Origin: Gemmatimonadota bacterium
Lineage (GTDB): Bacteria; Gemmatimonadota; Gemmatimonadetes; Longimicrobiales; Gaopeijiaceae
Direction: 5' to 3'
Assembly (NCBI GenBank): GCA_039589315.1
Contig: JBDHHQ010000053.1
Coordinates: 25,931-89,930 of the forward strand
Length of the DNA stretch: 64,000 nt
Shown here: positions 1-10,293 of the stretch, in pieces
Numbering within the stretch: position 1 is the stretch's first letter
Layout of the letters: each line of letters starts with the position of its first letter
Position numbers and translations under genes: made by a program
The notes under the pieces: model-generated
What the model was told of the DNA's origin: nothing
Databases searched by the model: none
The model's input: the letters and a program-made list of their open reading frames with translations, nothing else

Positions 1-863
1 CGTGAATAGAGGATATAGTCGACGTGCTTCCGGGCCGGCGCGTCGAGCATGGAGTTGCTGGCAGCGTCCCAGGTGGAGAGCTCGTCCGGGCCGCGGACGA
101 GGGGAGGGTGCGTCGCGTCCAGGATCTCCATCATCCGCGTGTACTCGGCGCTCTGGTCGTCCGTGAGAAGGTCGACGTTCACGTCCCCTCCGATCACCAC
201 CGGCTCGTCGGGGGGGATGCGCTGATCCGCCACGAATGCCTGGACGATCTGGAGCTGGCGCTCCCGGACAGCGGCATGGGACCGATCGGCCTGGGCATGC
301 AGGCCGAACAGGTGGTAGCGGCGCCCGGCCTTGTGGATGCGCGCGTAGACCACACCCTTCTGCGCCAGGCAGTCCGTCCCAGCGCATGCGTCCCCGAAGA
401 GCCGCTGGTCCTCGTGCCCGATGGGCCAGCGGCTCAGGATCACGACGCCGCCGTCCTGGCGGATGAGGCCGTCCCGGCCCAGAACCCGGGTTCGGTGCGG
501 GTAGCGGTCGGCCAGCTCGGCTACGAGTCGCTCCCGGTGCCGGTCGCTGAACGCCTCCTGGAGGACGATGGCGTCATAGCCGTCCAGCTGGTCGTCCAGG
601 AGGGCCACACGCTCGTCGTGGGCGTCCCGGAACACGAACAGGGGCGCCCGCATGAAGACGTTGTACGTGAGGAGGTGGAAGGCGTCGGGGTCGTCGTCGA
701 TCCACTCCCCGACCTGTCCCGCCACGGGCCGGGCGAGGAGCGCACACCCGGCGACGAGGGCGCCCCCGGCGACCAGCCCCGACCAGACGAGGCGCATCCT
801 GGCCGCACCGGCCGAAGATCGCCGCCCGCCGGCGTGTTTGGCTCGTGCTTGCGCGATCGTCAT
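1..863 (-). CDS. Secreted sphingomyelinase C-like / EEP-family phosphodiesterase (runs off the left edge; absent from the ORF track)
   Basis: Manual translation from ATG 863: hydrophobic signal region, then EEP motifs LLTYNVF, IVLQEAF, DGGVVILSRWPI, DCLAQKGVVYARI, GGDVNVD, HVDYILY. Confidence 0.8.
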   Translation of the reverse strand, partial: MTIAQARAKHAGGRRSSAGAARMRLVWSGLVAGGALVAGCALLARPVAGQVGEWIDDDPDAFHLLTYNVFMRAPLFVFRDAHDERVALLDDQLDGYDAIVLQEAFSDRHRERLVAELADRYPHRTRVLGRDGLIRQDGGVVILSRWPIGHEDQRLFGDACAGTDCLAQKGVVYARIHKAGRRYHLFGLHAQADRSHAAVRERQLQIVQAFVADQRIPPDEPVVIGGDVNVDLLTDDQSAEYTRMMEILDATHPPLVRGPDELSTWDAASNSMLDAPARKHVDYILYS

Positions 864-894
864 CTGACCTCCGGGGCCCGACCGTTCACGTCCA

Positions 895-2397
895 TCAACC
901 CACCTGCGCTGGAGCCCCGTCGCGGGTGCGGGGCTCGTCCCGCCCTCCCGCCACGCGCTTGATCCCGAGACCTGTCCGGCCATACGCAGCCGCCCAGAAC
1001 AGCGAAAAGAAGGAGCCCGTGTAGCAGAAGGTCGCCCAGGGCAGGTACTCCAGCGTGGGCACTCCGAGTGTCGTCGCCATGAAGAGGCCCGTCACGGTCC
1101 ACGGCATGAGGGGCTCGACGATGGTAACCGAATCCTCCAGGGAGCGGGACAGGTTCACGGGCGCCAGGTCCCGCTCGTCGTACGCCTTCTGGAACAGCCC
1201 GCCGATGATGAGGGCGGTAACACCGGCGTGGCTGGTCAGCGAGATCATGACGGCTCCGGCGGCCATGGTGGTGGCAATGAGCCCGCCCACCGAGCGCACC
1301 GCAGCCAGCATGGAGGACAGCAGGGCATCCAGGGCGCCGGACACGTCCATGGCCCCCGCCAGGAGGAATGCCGCGATGATGACCAGCAACGTGTCCACCA
1401 TGGAGTAGAGCCCACCCCGTTGCAACAGCTCCCTGAACGTGTCGCTGAACGCACCGACGTCGAGGCCCAGGGTGGTGACCATGTCCATCTGGAAGCCACT
1501 CACGGCGGCGCCCAGCGCGTCGATCAGCCCGAACCCCTGCACCAGAACACCCACCACCAGGGCCAGGGCCGAAGAGGCGGCGATGGTGAGGACGGCCGGG
1601 TACTTCCGCACGATGCCCGCCACGACCACCAGGGGTGGCAAGAGCGCCCACGGGCTCAGCCGGTAAACGGTATCGATCTCGCCCAGGAGGCGGGTGGCGC
1701 TGTCGGGCATGGTGGCGCCTGCCGGGGCCAGGCTGCCCCCCGCCACGGTGTAGACTACCAGCGCCAACGCGAACGAGGGGACCGCCGTCCAGGTCATGTG
1801 GCGGATGTGGGCGTAGAGGTCGGCTCCGGCCGCCAGCGCGCTGATGTTCGTGGTGTCCGACAGGGGCGACATCTTGTCGCCGAAGTAGGCGCCGGACACC
1901 ACGGCCCCCGCGGTGGCAGCCACGGACGCATCCACCGCGATGGCGGTCCCTACCAAGGCGACGCCGATCGTCCCGGCGGATCCCCACGACGTCCCGGTGG
2001 CCAGCGACATGACGGCCGTCACCAGAAAGGCGGTGAGCACCAGGTAGCGAGGGCTCACCAGCTCGATGCCGTAGTAGATCAGTACGGGTATCGTGCCGCT
2101 GAGCACCCACGTGCCGATGAGCATGCCGATGGCCAGCAGGATCAGGATCATGGGCAAGACGGCGGCGATCTTCTTGGCGGTGGACGCCTCGATGTCGTGC
2201 CAGGTGCCCCCCATGCGCACGGCCACCGCCCCGGCCACCGTGGCGGCAACCAGCATGGTCACGACCAAGAGGTCGATCCCTACTCCCAGGACGGTGCTGC
2301 CCAGGAGGAAGACCACCCCCATCACGACCAGGGGGAGGGCCGCCACAGGTAGGGAGACCCGTCCGGTGGGTGGTCCGGCTCCCGGGGGCGGACTCAC
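895..2397 (-). CDS. nhaC: NhaC-family Na+/H+ antiporter / amino-acid transporter
   Basis: Multi-pass membrane protein with GTSWGSAGTIG, SGAYFGDKMSPLSDTT and LSRSLEDS motifs; likely GTG start overlaps the stop of the upstream gene. Confidence 0.85.
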   Translation of the reverse strand: MSPPPGAGPPTGRVSLPVAALPLVVMGVVFLLGSTVLGVGIDLLVVTMLVAATVAGAVAVRMGGTWHDIEASTAKKIAAVLPMILILLAIGMLIGTWVLSGTIPVLIYYGIELVSPRYLVLTAFLVTAVMSLATGTSWGSAGTIGVALVGTAIAVDASVAATAGAVVSGAYFGDKMSPLSDTTNISALAAGADLYAHIRHMTWTAVPSFALALVVYTVAGGSLAPAGATMPDSATRLLGEIDTVYRLSPWALLPPLVVVAGIVRKYPAVLTIAASSALALVVGVLVQGFGLIDALGAAVSGFQMDMVTTLGLDVGAFSDTFRELLQRGGLYSMVDTLLVIIAAFLLAGAMDVSGALDALLSSMLAAVRSVGGLIATTMAAGAVMISLTSHAGVTALIIGGLFQKAYDERDLAPVNLSRSLEDSVTIVEPLMPWTVTGLFMATTLGVPTLEYLPWATFCYTGSFFSLFWAAAYGRTGLGIKRVAGGRDEPRTRDGAPAQVG

Positions 2398-3578
2398 AGG
2401 ACCGCCAAGGCCTGATCCAGGTCGGCCGTCAGTAGGTCGACGCTCTCCAACCCCACCGACAGGCGTACCAGTCCGGTGGGCATACGTTGGGATTCCACGT
2501 AGTCGAGGTCGACTCCGCGGTTGGGTGTGACCACCAGGCTCTCGACCCCGCCCCAGCTCACCCCGACGCGGAAGCGCTCCAGCGCGTTCACGAACCGCGT
2601 GACCCGGTCGAAGCTGTCCGTGTCGAGCTCGAACGACATGAGGCTGGAGAATCCAGTCAGACAGGCCTGCGCATAGGGTTCGGAGGCCGGGTTCAGAGCC
2701 GGGTGATGGACGCGCCGGACTCCCCGGTGCGCCTGGAGGTGCCGGGCCACGGCCAGCCCGTCGGTGTGGTGCTGGCGCATGCGGACGGGGAGCGTGCGCA
2801 GGCCGCGGTTCAGAAGCCAAGCGCCGAACGGTGACAGCTGTGCGCCCAGAAGGAGCACGCTGTCGTAATAGATCCGCTCCATCAGCTCCCGGCTGGTCAC
2901 CAGGACGCCCGCCACCAGGTCGCTGTGCCCTCCCAGGTACTTGCTGGCCGAATGGACGACCACGTCCACGCCCATGCTGATCGGTTTCTGGAACAGCGGT
3001 GTGGCCCAACTGTTGTCCATGACCGTGTGGATGCCGCGGTCCCGGGCCATCGCCACGAGTCCCGCCGCATCCAGCATGCGGAACTGCATGGTGCCGGGGC
3101 TCTCGAACCAGATGATCCGGGTCTGGGGCGTGAGCGCCTCTTCGATGGCACGAAGGTCCAGGTCCAGGACGATGTCGTGTGTCACGCCGAAGCGTTCCAG
3201 CCGATCCGCGAGCTGCAGTGTCGGGCCGTACACGTTGTTCACGTACAGGACGTGGTCCCCGGCCTCGAGCAGCCCCAAGAGCACGGCGCTCACCGCCCCC
3301 ATGCCCGACGCGAAGCACCGGCAGGCCTCGCCACGCTCGAGGGTCGCCAGCTTCCGCTCCACCGCCTCCCGGGTCGGATTCTGGGCCCGGCTGTAGACGT
3401 GGTGGGTGTGCTCGGCGCCGAGACTCTCGATCAGGTGGTCAAGGCTCTCATGGGCGAAGAGCGATGTCTGGACGATGGGCGGTGAGAGGGCTCCGCCCTG
3501 ACCGGGCAGGTCCTCTTCATGGCCGAGGCAGACGAGCTCGTCCTTGGGGTCGATGGAGGCGAATTCCAGGTCGGTCAC
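2394..3578 (-). CDS. PLP-dependent Cys/Met metabolism enzyme (cystathionine gamma-synthase / methionine gamma-lyase family)
   Basis: YSRAQNPT, FASGMGA, FESPG, DNSWATP, HSASKYLGGHSD (PLP lysine), VSWGGVESL, RLSVGLE. Confidence 0.9.
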   Translation of the reverse strand: MTDLEFASIDPKDELVCLGHEEDLPGQGGALSPPIVQTSLFAHESLDHLIESLGAEHTHHVYSRAQNPTREAVERKLATLERGEACRCFASGMGAVSAVLLGLLEAGDHVLYVNNVYGPTLQLADRLERFGVTHDIVLDLDLRAIEEALTPQTRIIWFESPGTMQFRMLDAAGLVAMARDRGIHTVMDNSWATPLFQKPISMGVDVVVHSASKYLGGHSDLVAGVLVTSRELMERIYYDSVLLLGAQLSPFGAWLLNRGLRTLPVRMRQHHTDGLAVARHLQAHRGVRRVHHPALNPASEPYAQACLTGFSSLMSFELDTDSFDRVTRFVNALERFRVGVSWGGVESLVVTPNRGVDLDYVESQRMPTGLVRLSVGLESVDLLTADLDQALAVL

Positions 3579-3761
3579 GGCGCGAATCTAGGGGGACGAC
3601 GGACCGGAAGGCGAGACAGGGAGCGCGCCGGCCTGGTTTGTGAGGCGCTCAACGCAGGGCACGGCATCGTCCGGGCTGCCCATGCCTGGTGCGCCCCGCC
3701 CCCCACCGCCCCTCCGCGAGACACCCGGACCCCGTTTCTCAGGCGGGGGTTCTACGACGCC

Positions 3762-5315
3762 ATGAGCATCGAACGCTACCGGGGCATCATCCCCGATTGG
3801 GACCGGTTCGTCGAGACCGTCCAGCGGCCGGAGCCGGTGACGCTCCGGGTCCGCCTGAGCCGTATCGGGACCGACGAGCTCGCGGCCCGGCTGGAGGCAC
3901 GAGGATTCCGGACCGAGCCTGTCCACGGTCTGCCCAAGCTCCTGCGGGTCGTGGACGGCCCGCGCCCGGTCGCTCACACCCTGGAGCACTGGCAGGGGCT
4001 CTTCTACCTGCAGCAGACGGTCACCAGCCTGGCGGCCCCCGTGCTGGGGACGTCGCCTCGGGACCGGGTCCTGGACATGTGCGCATCCCCGGGCGGAAAG
4101 ACCACCCACCTGGCCGAGCTCATGCAGGAACGGGGCTGCCTCGTGGCCGCCGACGTCAGCGAGGGTCGCTTGAAGGGGATGATGGGCAACCTCACGCGTT
4201 TGCTCATTCCAAACGTCGTGACGGTCGTGAGCGACGGCCGCCAGTTTCCCGGGGGCGCTCTGTTCGACCGCATCCTGGTGGACGCCCCCTGCTCGGCCGA
4301 GGGCAACCTGCGGAAGAAGGGCGGCCGGTTCCGCCCCCAACGGGCCTCGTTCCTCCGGCACGTAACCCGCCTGCAGGAAGGCCTCCTTCGCCGGGCGATC
4401 GAGCTGCTGCGACCCGGCGGATCCGTTCTGTACGCGACGTGCACCTTCTCGCCCGACGAGAACGAAGCGGTAGTGAGCCGGGTCCTGGCCGACACACCCG
4501 TGCGCATGGTCCCCATCGAGCTACCGGTCCCGTCCGCTCCTGGCCTCGCCGCTTTCGAGGACCAGCGCTTCGACCCGAGCCTGGTCCTGGCGCACCGTCT
4601 GTACCCCCATCACCTGGATTCGGGGGGCCTGTTCATGGCGCTGCTGGAGAAGGACGGCGAGACCGTTGAAGGCTCACGGCCGCAAACAAGCGCTGGATTC
4701 ACTCCGGCGCCGGTGGGTGAGACCGAGCCGCCCCCGCATCCCGAGGCTGGCGCGGAAGATCTCTCACACCCCGCGTGGTGCCCCGTCCCCCTCACCTTTC
4801 CCGGTGCGTCCGTCTCCAACGCCGAGGCCCTCGCCTGGGTCCAGGACGGCCTCGGTCGGCTGACCGAGGAGTTCGGCGTGGCGCCGGGGGCGACCGAGGG
4901 GCTGCGCTGGATGGTCCGGGGCGACAGCGCCTGGATGCACACCATGGACGCGTGGCCCGTGGAGGCATGGGAGCCCGGCGAATGGCGCATCTCGTCGGTG
5001 GGGCTCCGGGGCTTGAGCCCCGATGCCCGCAGACGACTCCGCCCCACCAACTACCTGCTGCGTCTACTGGGCGATGGGGTCACCCACCGTTGCATTCCCC
5101 TCGATCGGGGCACCGCGCAGCGGGTGCTGAAGCGGGACCCTGTCCTGAGTCCCCTGGACGCGCCGGGGTACGCCACCCTCACGCTGGAAGGCCAGGTGAT
5201 CGGGCGAGCCTCGGTGGGTCAGGCCGGCATCCGGCACGAGATCCCGAAGGCCCGGGCGCAGCGGCTGCTCGAGATCCTCCAGCGCGAGGAAGCCCCCACC
5301 CCTGAGGCCGAGTAG
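3762..5315 (+). CDS. RsmB/RsmF (NOL1/NOP2/sun) RNA m5C methyltransferase
   Basis: DMCASPGGKT, DAPCS and YATCT motifs; RsmF-like C-terminal extension. Confidence 0.88.
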   Translation: MSIERYRGIIPDWDRFVETVQRPEPVTLRVRLSRIGTDELAARLEARGFRTEPVHGLPKLLRVVDGPRPVAHTLEHWQGLFYLQQTVTSLAAPVLGTSPRDRVLDMCASPGGKTTHLAELMQERGCLVAADVSEGRLKGMMGNLTRLLIPNVVTVVSDGRQFPGGALFDRILVDAPCSAEGNLRKKGGRFRPQRASFLRHVTRLQEGLLRRAIELLRPGGSVLYATCTFSPDENEAVVSRVLADTPVRMVPIELPVPSAPGLAAFEDQRFDPSLVLAHRLYPHHLDSGGLFMALLEKDGETVEGSRPQTSAGFTPAPVGETEPPPHPEAGAEDLSHPAWCPVPLTFPGASVSNAEALAWVQDGLGRLTEEFGVAPGATEGLRWMVRGDSAWMHTMDAWPVEAWEPGEWRISSVGLRGLSPDARRRLRPTNYLLRLLGDGVTHRCIPLDRGTAQRVLKRDPVLSPLDAPGYATLTLEGQVIGRASVGQAGIRHEIPKARAQRLLEILQREEAPTPEAE

Positions 5316-5433
5316 CCCGCACCTTGGCGCGCGCCCGTCAGGGACGCCAGAGTGGGTGGTCAGGATGGTGGCTCGGCAGGGCACCGGATTGCCGAAGCGC
5401 GTCGTATCCCTGAGCCCGCGACCGCTTGGCCAG

Positions 5434-7707
5434 CTAGAACTGGAAGAGCTTGGTGACCTTGAGCGTGATCGTGCGGTCGACGAGCTCGTCCGTCTGCAGA
5501 TTGCGGCGCTCGCTGAACACCAGGAAGAGGTCGCTCAACGGAGCGTGCAGCAGGTTCAGCCGCAGGTTGGTGATGAGCTCCTCGGTCTGTGCCACGTACT
5601 GGACGAACGCCGACGTGAAGAGCTTGGTGCTGTGGGCGTACTTGACCCGGCCGCCGTACACGTCGGCGTCGAAGGACTCGCCGGTGAGGGTGATGGCGTT
5701 GCGCTCGCCGAAGACCTCGAACGACCAGTGGGGATTAGGCCGGAGGAGAGCCGTCAGGTTCACCGAGGTGCGGTCGCCGTCGTAGAAGCCGCCTCGGCCG
5801 AAGCCGATCACCCCCGAGATCTTGCGGGCACCGCTCGTCGTGTACCGGACCGTGGCGTCGGTGAAATCGTAGTCGCCGGCCGGAACCTCCTTATCGAGGA
5901 TCAACGTGGGGGTCAACAGCCGCTCGAATTGATCGTTCACCTCGAGGGTCAGGTTGCCCCCGTCCAGGAACTGGGTGGCGATACCTCCTTTGACCCATTG
6001 GCTCTCCAGGACCCCCTCGAGGTTCTCGATGAACGAGACGTCGACGTACGGGTTGAGCTCCTGGATCCCTGGCAGATCAGGCTGGGGATGGGCGCCGAAC
6101 GTCGCGAAGGCCTGGTTGATGTTCCGTCGACGGATGAAGCCAACGTCCGGATTGAAGGACTCGCCCACGTGCTTCACGAACGCCGACGTGTCCCAGATCC
6201 GGTCCCGGTACGCCGCCTGAAACCATAGCGACGTCCTGTCTCCCTGGACTTCGGGCTCGTCGGTGGCGGCCACGTAGCCGTTGAGGATCAGGTACTTGAA
6301 GAGGCGGGCGTTGGCGTCGAAGCCGAAGCTCCGGTTGTACTGGCCACCGCCGCCCGACGTCGCCTGGCGGTTGACGAACATGAGCCCCACCTCGGCGTCG
6401 CCCGCGGCGAAGGGCTGACGGACCCGACCAACCGTGAAGTTCTCGGCCTGGAAGTCGTCGTATGCGAGGGTCTGCATGTTCAGGAACCCGACGTCGGTCT
6501 CGCCCATCTTCCCCGACATGCGGACGCCGCCCAGCATGGGGATCACCCGACGGTCGGGAGAGAGGCCGATGTTCCTGGAGTAGAACAGCTTGAAGTCTCG
6601 GGGCGAGGATCCGGTCCGGTAGTTCCGCTCGCTCACGTCACCCAGCGTGAAGATGCCGTCGTTCTCCAAGAAGAGGTCGCGCTTCTCCGGGAAGAAGATG
6701 GAGAAGCGGGTCAGGTTCACCTGTTCCTGGTCCACCTCCACCTGTGAGAAGTCGGTGAAGAGCGACGCGTCCAGCGTGAGGCGGGGCGTGATGCCGTACT
6801 TCAGGTCGAAGCCCGCCGCGAAGTTGCCGCCCGTGTCGTCCAGCGCTTCCCGGGCCGTTCCCTGGAGCGTCTCTCCCAACGCGTATGGCTTGATCGTCAG
6901 GTTCCGGCCCTGCTCGAGCCCCTGGAAGCCATGGACCGTGCCGGCCCGCGACACCTTGTGGATCCGGAACTGGGTGGCCAGAGGCGCCCAATAGGAGTCC
7001 TCGTTGATGCGGCGGATCCGCCGGCCGAAGTTCATGCCCCAGGACTGCTCGCCCTCGGCCTCCTTGAAGCGGAACGTGGTCAGGGGGATCGCCATCTCCA
7101 CGACCCAGCGATCCTCGTAGATCCCCACCTCGTGGTAGACGACGCCCTCCCACTCACGGCTGATATACCGGCTGTCGTTGAACATCTGGGCGTCGAAGAG
7201 TGCTCCCGCCGGGCTCACCCCCCACATGAACGCGGACTGGCGGTCGAGGAAGGTGTCGAACGCCACCATGAAGATGTCGGCGTCGTGGGTGGAGAAGTCC
7301 TGCTCGAGCCCGGGGGACGTGAGCTTCTCCGGCTCCGCGTCCCACATCACCGCCCCGAGGTAGACGAAGTTGTCGTCATAGAGGACCCGGACCTCGGTAC
7401 GTTCCGTGGCCGGGTAGCCGGCCCGGGGCAGCGCGGTGATGAAGTCGGTAGCGGGCTGGGCCGCGGCCCACGCCTCCTCGTCCAGCACCGCGTCGATCTT
7501 CATGCCGCTGCTTACGGGAACCGTGGCGAGGTGAAGCGCCCGGAGCTCCGGCCGGGGCACGGCCTCGGGGTCGATGGCTGCAGGCATGGGGCGGTCGTCC
7601 GGGCCGCCGGCCTGAGCCGACAGCACTGCGGGCAGGGAGAGGGGAAGCATCACGAGGAATGCTCGAACCGCCACCCGAGACCTTATGCGCTGCACGCGAA
7701 GCTTCAT
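5434..7707 (-). CDS. CBM9-like + DUF5916 outer-membrane beta-barrel protein
   Basis: Signal peptide; IDAVLDEEAW, TEVRVLYD, DFSQVEVD...NLTRFSIFFPEKRDLFLE; C-terminal Phe. Confidence 0.75.
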   Translation of the reverse strand: MKLRVQRIRSRVAVRAFLVMLPLSLPAVLSAQAGGPDDRPMPAAIDPEAVPRPELRALHLATVPVSSGMKIDAVLDEEAWAAAQPATDFITALPRAGYPATERTEVRVLYDDNFVYLGAVMWDAEPEKLTSPGLEQDFSTHDADIFMVAFDTFLDRQSAFMWGVSPAGALFDAQMFNDSRYISREWEGVVYHEVGIYEDRWVVEMAIPLTTFRFKEAEGEQSWGMNFGRRIRRINEDSYWAPLATQFRIHKVSRAGTVHGFQGLEQGRNLTIKPYALGETLQGTAREALDDTGGNFAAGFDLKYGITPRLTLDASLFTDFSQVEVDQEQVNLTRFSIFFPEKRDLFLENDGIFTLGDVSERNYRTGSSPRDFKLFYSRNIGLSPDRRVIPMLGGVRMSGKMGETDVGFLNMQTLAYDDFQAENFTVGRVRQPFAAGDAEVGLMFVNRQATSGGGGQYNRSFGFDANARLFKYLILNGYVAATDEPEVQGDRTSLWFQAAYRDRIWDTSAFVKHVGESFNPDVGFIRRRNINQAFATFGAHPQPDLPGIQELNPYVDVSFIENLEGVLESQWVKGGIATQFLDGGNLTLEVNDQFERLLTPTLILDKEVPAGDYDFTDATVRYTTSGARKISGVIGFGRGGFYDGDRTSVNLTALLRPNPHWSFEVFGERNAITLTGESFDADVYGGRVKYAHSTKLFTSAFVQYVAQTEELITNLRLNLLHAPLSDLFLVFSERRNLQTDELVDRTITLKVTKLFQF

Positions 7708-7863
7708 GCGTTGAATGTACCCAGGATCTCACCGCGATTACACGGGCGTCATCCTAGAAAGACACCGGCAGCACCTGGGCTGTTGAGCGGTGACGGACTC
7801 ACGGTGAGTGCCTTGCCGACGCGGGACGTGTGGCACGGGCCCCGAATCGCTAGCTTCGTCGCC

Positions 7864-10236
7864 ATGGACGCCGCCGAACCGCCCATCGCCCCTCCGGACG
7901 CCACCTTCGCCAACGGCCCTCCGGAGACGCTGGCTCCCATTGGCGGGCCCACCCGGCGACGGCCCATGCCGGCACCCGTACAGGTGCTGCTCGCCGGCGT
8001 CCTGATCCCGCTGTTGGTGTCCCTGATCATCCTCTGGATCCTGCAGCCGTCCCTGCTGCTGCTGCCCACCACCCCCACGGGCTTCGATCTGGGCGGCCAC
8101 GTCTACCCGTTGGCAGAAGCCGTAGAAGCGCTTCCCGACGGCATCCCGGCGTGGAGCGACGGGTGGTTCGGTGGATTCCCGCTCTACCACTTCTACTTCC
8201 CCCTCCCGGCAGTGCTGGTGTGGCTCCTTGGGTTCGTGGCGCCTTTCGAAGTGGCGGTGAAGCTCGTGTCTGTGTTGGGCATCCTGGGCCTCCCCTTCGC
8301 CACCTACGTCCTGGCACGTGGAGTCGGCTTCAGCCGTTGGGTGTCCGGTGCGTGCGTGTTGGGCGCAGGCGCCTTCGCGTTCATGCAGAGCTACTGGTAC
8401 CTGGGCGGCAACCTGTCGTCGACGCTGGCGGGAGAGTTCTCCTACGGGCTCTCGTTCACGCTTTCCCTGATCTACCTGGGCCTCGTGGCCCGCACGGCCC
8501 GAGGGGGGCCCCGGCTGGGCGTCATCGCGTCGCTCGTACTGGCGCTCACGGCGCTATCCCACCTGCTCACGACCGCGGTCGTCGTGGTCGCGAGCCTGCC
8601 GCTGCTGACCATCCGCCGCTCGCAGCGCGCGGTGTTCGTCTCGTGGGTCGTGGGATTCCTGCTGGCCGGCTTCTGGACGGTGCCGTTCCTGCTCCGGGCG
8701 GGGCTCCTGCCGGACATCGTGTGGGACGAGTCGCTGACGCTGGCCGAGCTGTTCCCTCGCGAGATCTGGCTGCTGCTGCCATTGGCCCTGGCCGGGGGGA
8801 TCCTGACGCTCGGCAAGCGCTCGGCCTCCGTCCCGCTCCTGGTCCCGCCCTTGCTGGGACTGGCGTTCTTCTTCGCGGGGTCGAGCGCTATCCACCCGGG
8901 TCGACTCCTGCCGTACTGGTTCTTCGCCATCCATGTGCTGGCGGCAGTGTTCACGGGTGGCGCCGTACGCAGGTATCTCCGGGACCGCTCCCCCGTGGCC
9001 TTCGCCGGGGGCCTCCTGGGCCTGGTGGCGTTCGCCGTGGTCGTGGGTGTGCGCGAATACCGGGACCTGCGCACGTGGGCCACCTGGAACTACTCCGGCT
9101 ACGAGACCAAACCGGGCTGGCCCGTCTACGAGGCCCTGATCGAGACGTTCCGCCAACTCCCACCCGGCCGGGTCCACTGGGAGGACGCCGAGATCGTGGC
9201 CTCCTTCGGGAGCCTGAACGCGCTATCGCTGCTCCCGTACTGGTCGCCGGAACATCCTGCCGTAGGTGGTCTGTGGCTCGAGTCGTCCCTCACCGCACCC
9301 ACGTTCCTTCTGGCCAAGCGAGAGATGAGCCGGGACGAGGCAGGCCGGAGCGACCCGCGGCTCGGTCCGGAGCGGGCGTTGGACTTCGAGCGCGGCGTGG
9401 CCCACATGCGGCTGCTGGGGGCGAGGTACTACGTGGCGTTCACGCCGGAGGCCGTCGCGTTGGCCCAGGAGACCGTGGGGCTGACCACGGTCGCGGCGTC
9501 AGAGGCCTTCTCCATCTTCGAGGTATCCGACGTGTACCCCGTGGAGGTACTCGGCACACTGCCGGTGGTGGCCGATGGTGGCGATTTCCAGGACGCCGTG
9601 GCGGCTTGGTTGGACGACCCGGACGGGTTCGGCCGGCTGCTCGTTGCCGACGGACCGAGCGGGTGGCCTCGCATCGGGGATCCGGTCCTCGGGCCACCCA
9701 CGTCCCGGGGGTACGGCCACGTGGGAGATCCGGAGCCGGTGTCCGAGGTCACGATGGGCGCTCGGGAGATCACGTTTACGACTCTCACCGTTGGCGTGCC
9801 CCACTTCGTGAGGGCCGCGTACTTCCCCAACTGGCGGGCCGAGGGTGCCCTGGGACCGTACCTGGCGGCCCCGTCCTTCATGGTGGTCGTGCCCAACCGG
9901 GAGTCGGTGCGCCTCAGCTACCGGCGAACGTGGGTGGAGTGGTTGGGCATCCTGCTCTCCCTCCTGGGCGCCGCCGCCTTCCTGTCGGGCATGCTCCACC
10001 ACGGGCTCACCTGGGCATTCCTGACCCGCAATCGCGGACCGCCCCACGCCACCGACCATCTCGACGAGGTCGGTCCCGAGGCGGTGGGCGCCGGGCCCGC
10101 GGCGGTCGAGTCCAACGAGGCCAGTGACAGGCCGGTGGCGGCCAAGTCCGGGGAGGTCAGCGACGACACGGCGGACTCCGAGTCCGAGGGTGGGACCGAA
10201 GACGCCGGACCAGAGGCGGATTCGTCGTCCAACTAG
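7864..10236 (+). CDS. Polytopic membrane protein of the PTPS-related / YfhO-like family, probable GT-C glycosyltransferase
   Basis: TPTGFDLGGH, WSDGWFGGFPLYHFYFP, GGNLSSTLAGEFS; many TM segments, then an extracytoplasmic domain and a final TM. Confidence 0.65.
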   Translation: MDAAEPPIAPPDATFANGPPETLAPIGGPTRRRPMPAPVQVLLAGVLIPLLVSLIILWILQPSLLLLPTTPTGFDLGGHVYPLAEAVEALPDGIPAWSDGWFGGFPLYHFYFPLPAVLVWLLGFVAPFEVAVKLVSVLGILGLPFATYVLARGVGFSRWVSGACVLGAGAFAFMQSYWYLGGNLSSTLAGEFSYGLSFTLSLIYLGLVARTARGGPRLGVIASLVLALTALSHLLTTAVVVVASLPLLTIRRSQRAVFVSWVVGFLLAGFWTVPFLLRAGLLPDIVWDESLTLAELFPREIWLLLPLALAGGILTLGKRSASVPLLVPPLLGLAFFFAGSSAIHPGRLLPYWFFAIHVLAAVFTGGAVRRYLRDRSPVAFAGGLLGLVAFAVVVGVREYRDLRTWATWNYSGYETKPGWPVYEALIETFRQLPPGRVHWEDAEIVASFGSLNALSLLPYWSPEHPAVGGLWLESSLTAPTFLLAKREMSRDEAGRSDPRLGPERALDFERGVAHMRLLGARYYVAFTPEAVALAQETVGLTTVAASEAFSIFEVSDVYPVEVLGTLPVVADGGDFQDAVAAWLDDPDGFGRLLVADGPSGWPRIGDPVLGPPTSRGYGHVGDPEPVSEVTMGAREITFTTLTVGVPHFVRAAYFPNWRAEGALGPYLAAPSFMVVVPNRESVRLSYRRTWVEWLGILLSLLGAAAFLSGMLHHGLTWAFLTRNRGPPHATDHLDEVGPEAVGAGPAAVESNEASDRPVAAKSGEVSDDTADSESEGGTEDAGPEADSSSN

Positions 10237-10293
10237 GGCACCGGGGGGTGGCGCCGCCGGCTCCAGGCTAGCGACCGAATGGCGAACGCGCCC

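Noticed and set aside
24..962. 312-aa plus-strand ORF
   Set aside because: Antisense shadow of the minus-strand EEP gene; no motifs of its own.
6931..7863. N-terminal extension of the 1101-aa ORF, and similar long extensions on the 895..3318, 10294..12234, 23494..25104 and 39202..41358 ORFs
   Set aside because: They overlap genuine genes; high GC suppresses stop codons; real starts lie downstream.
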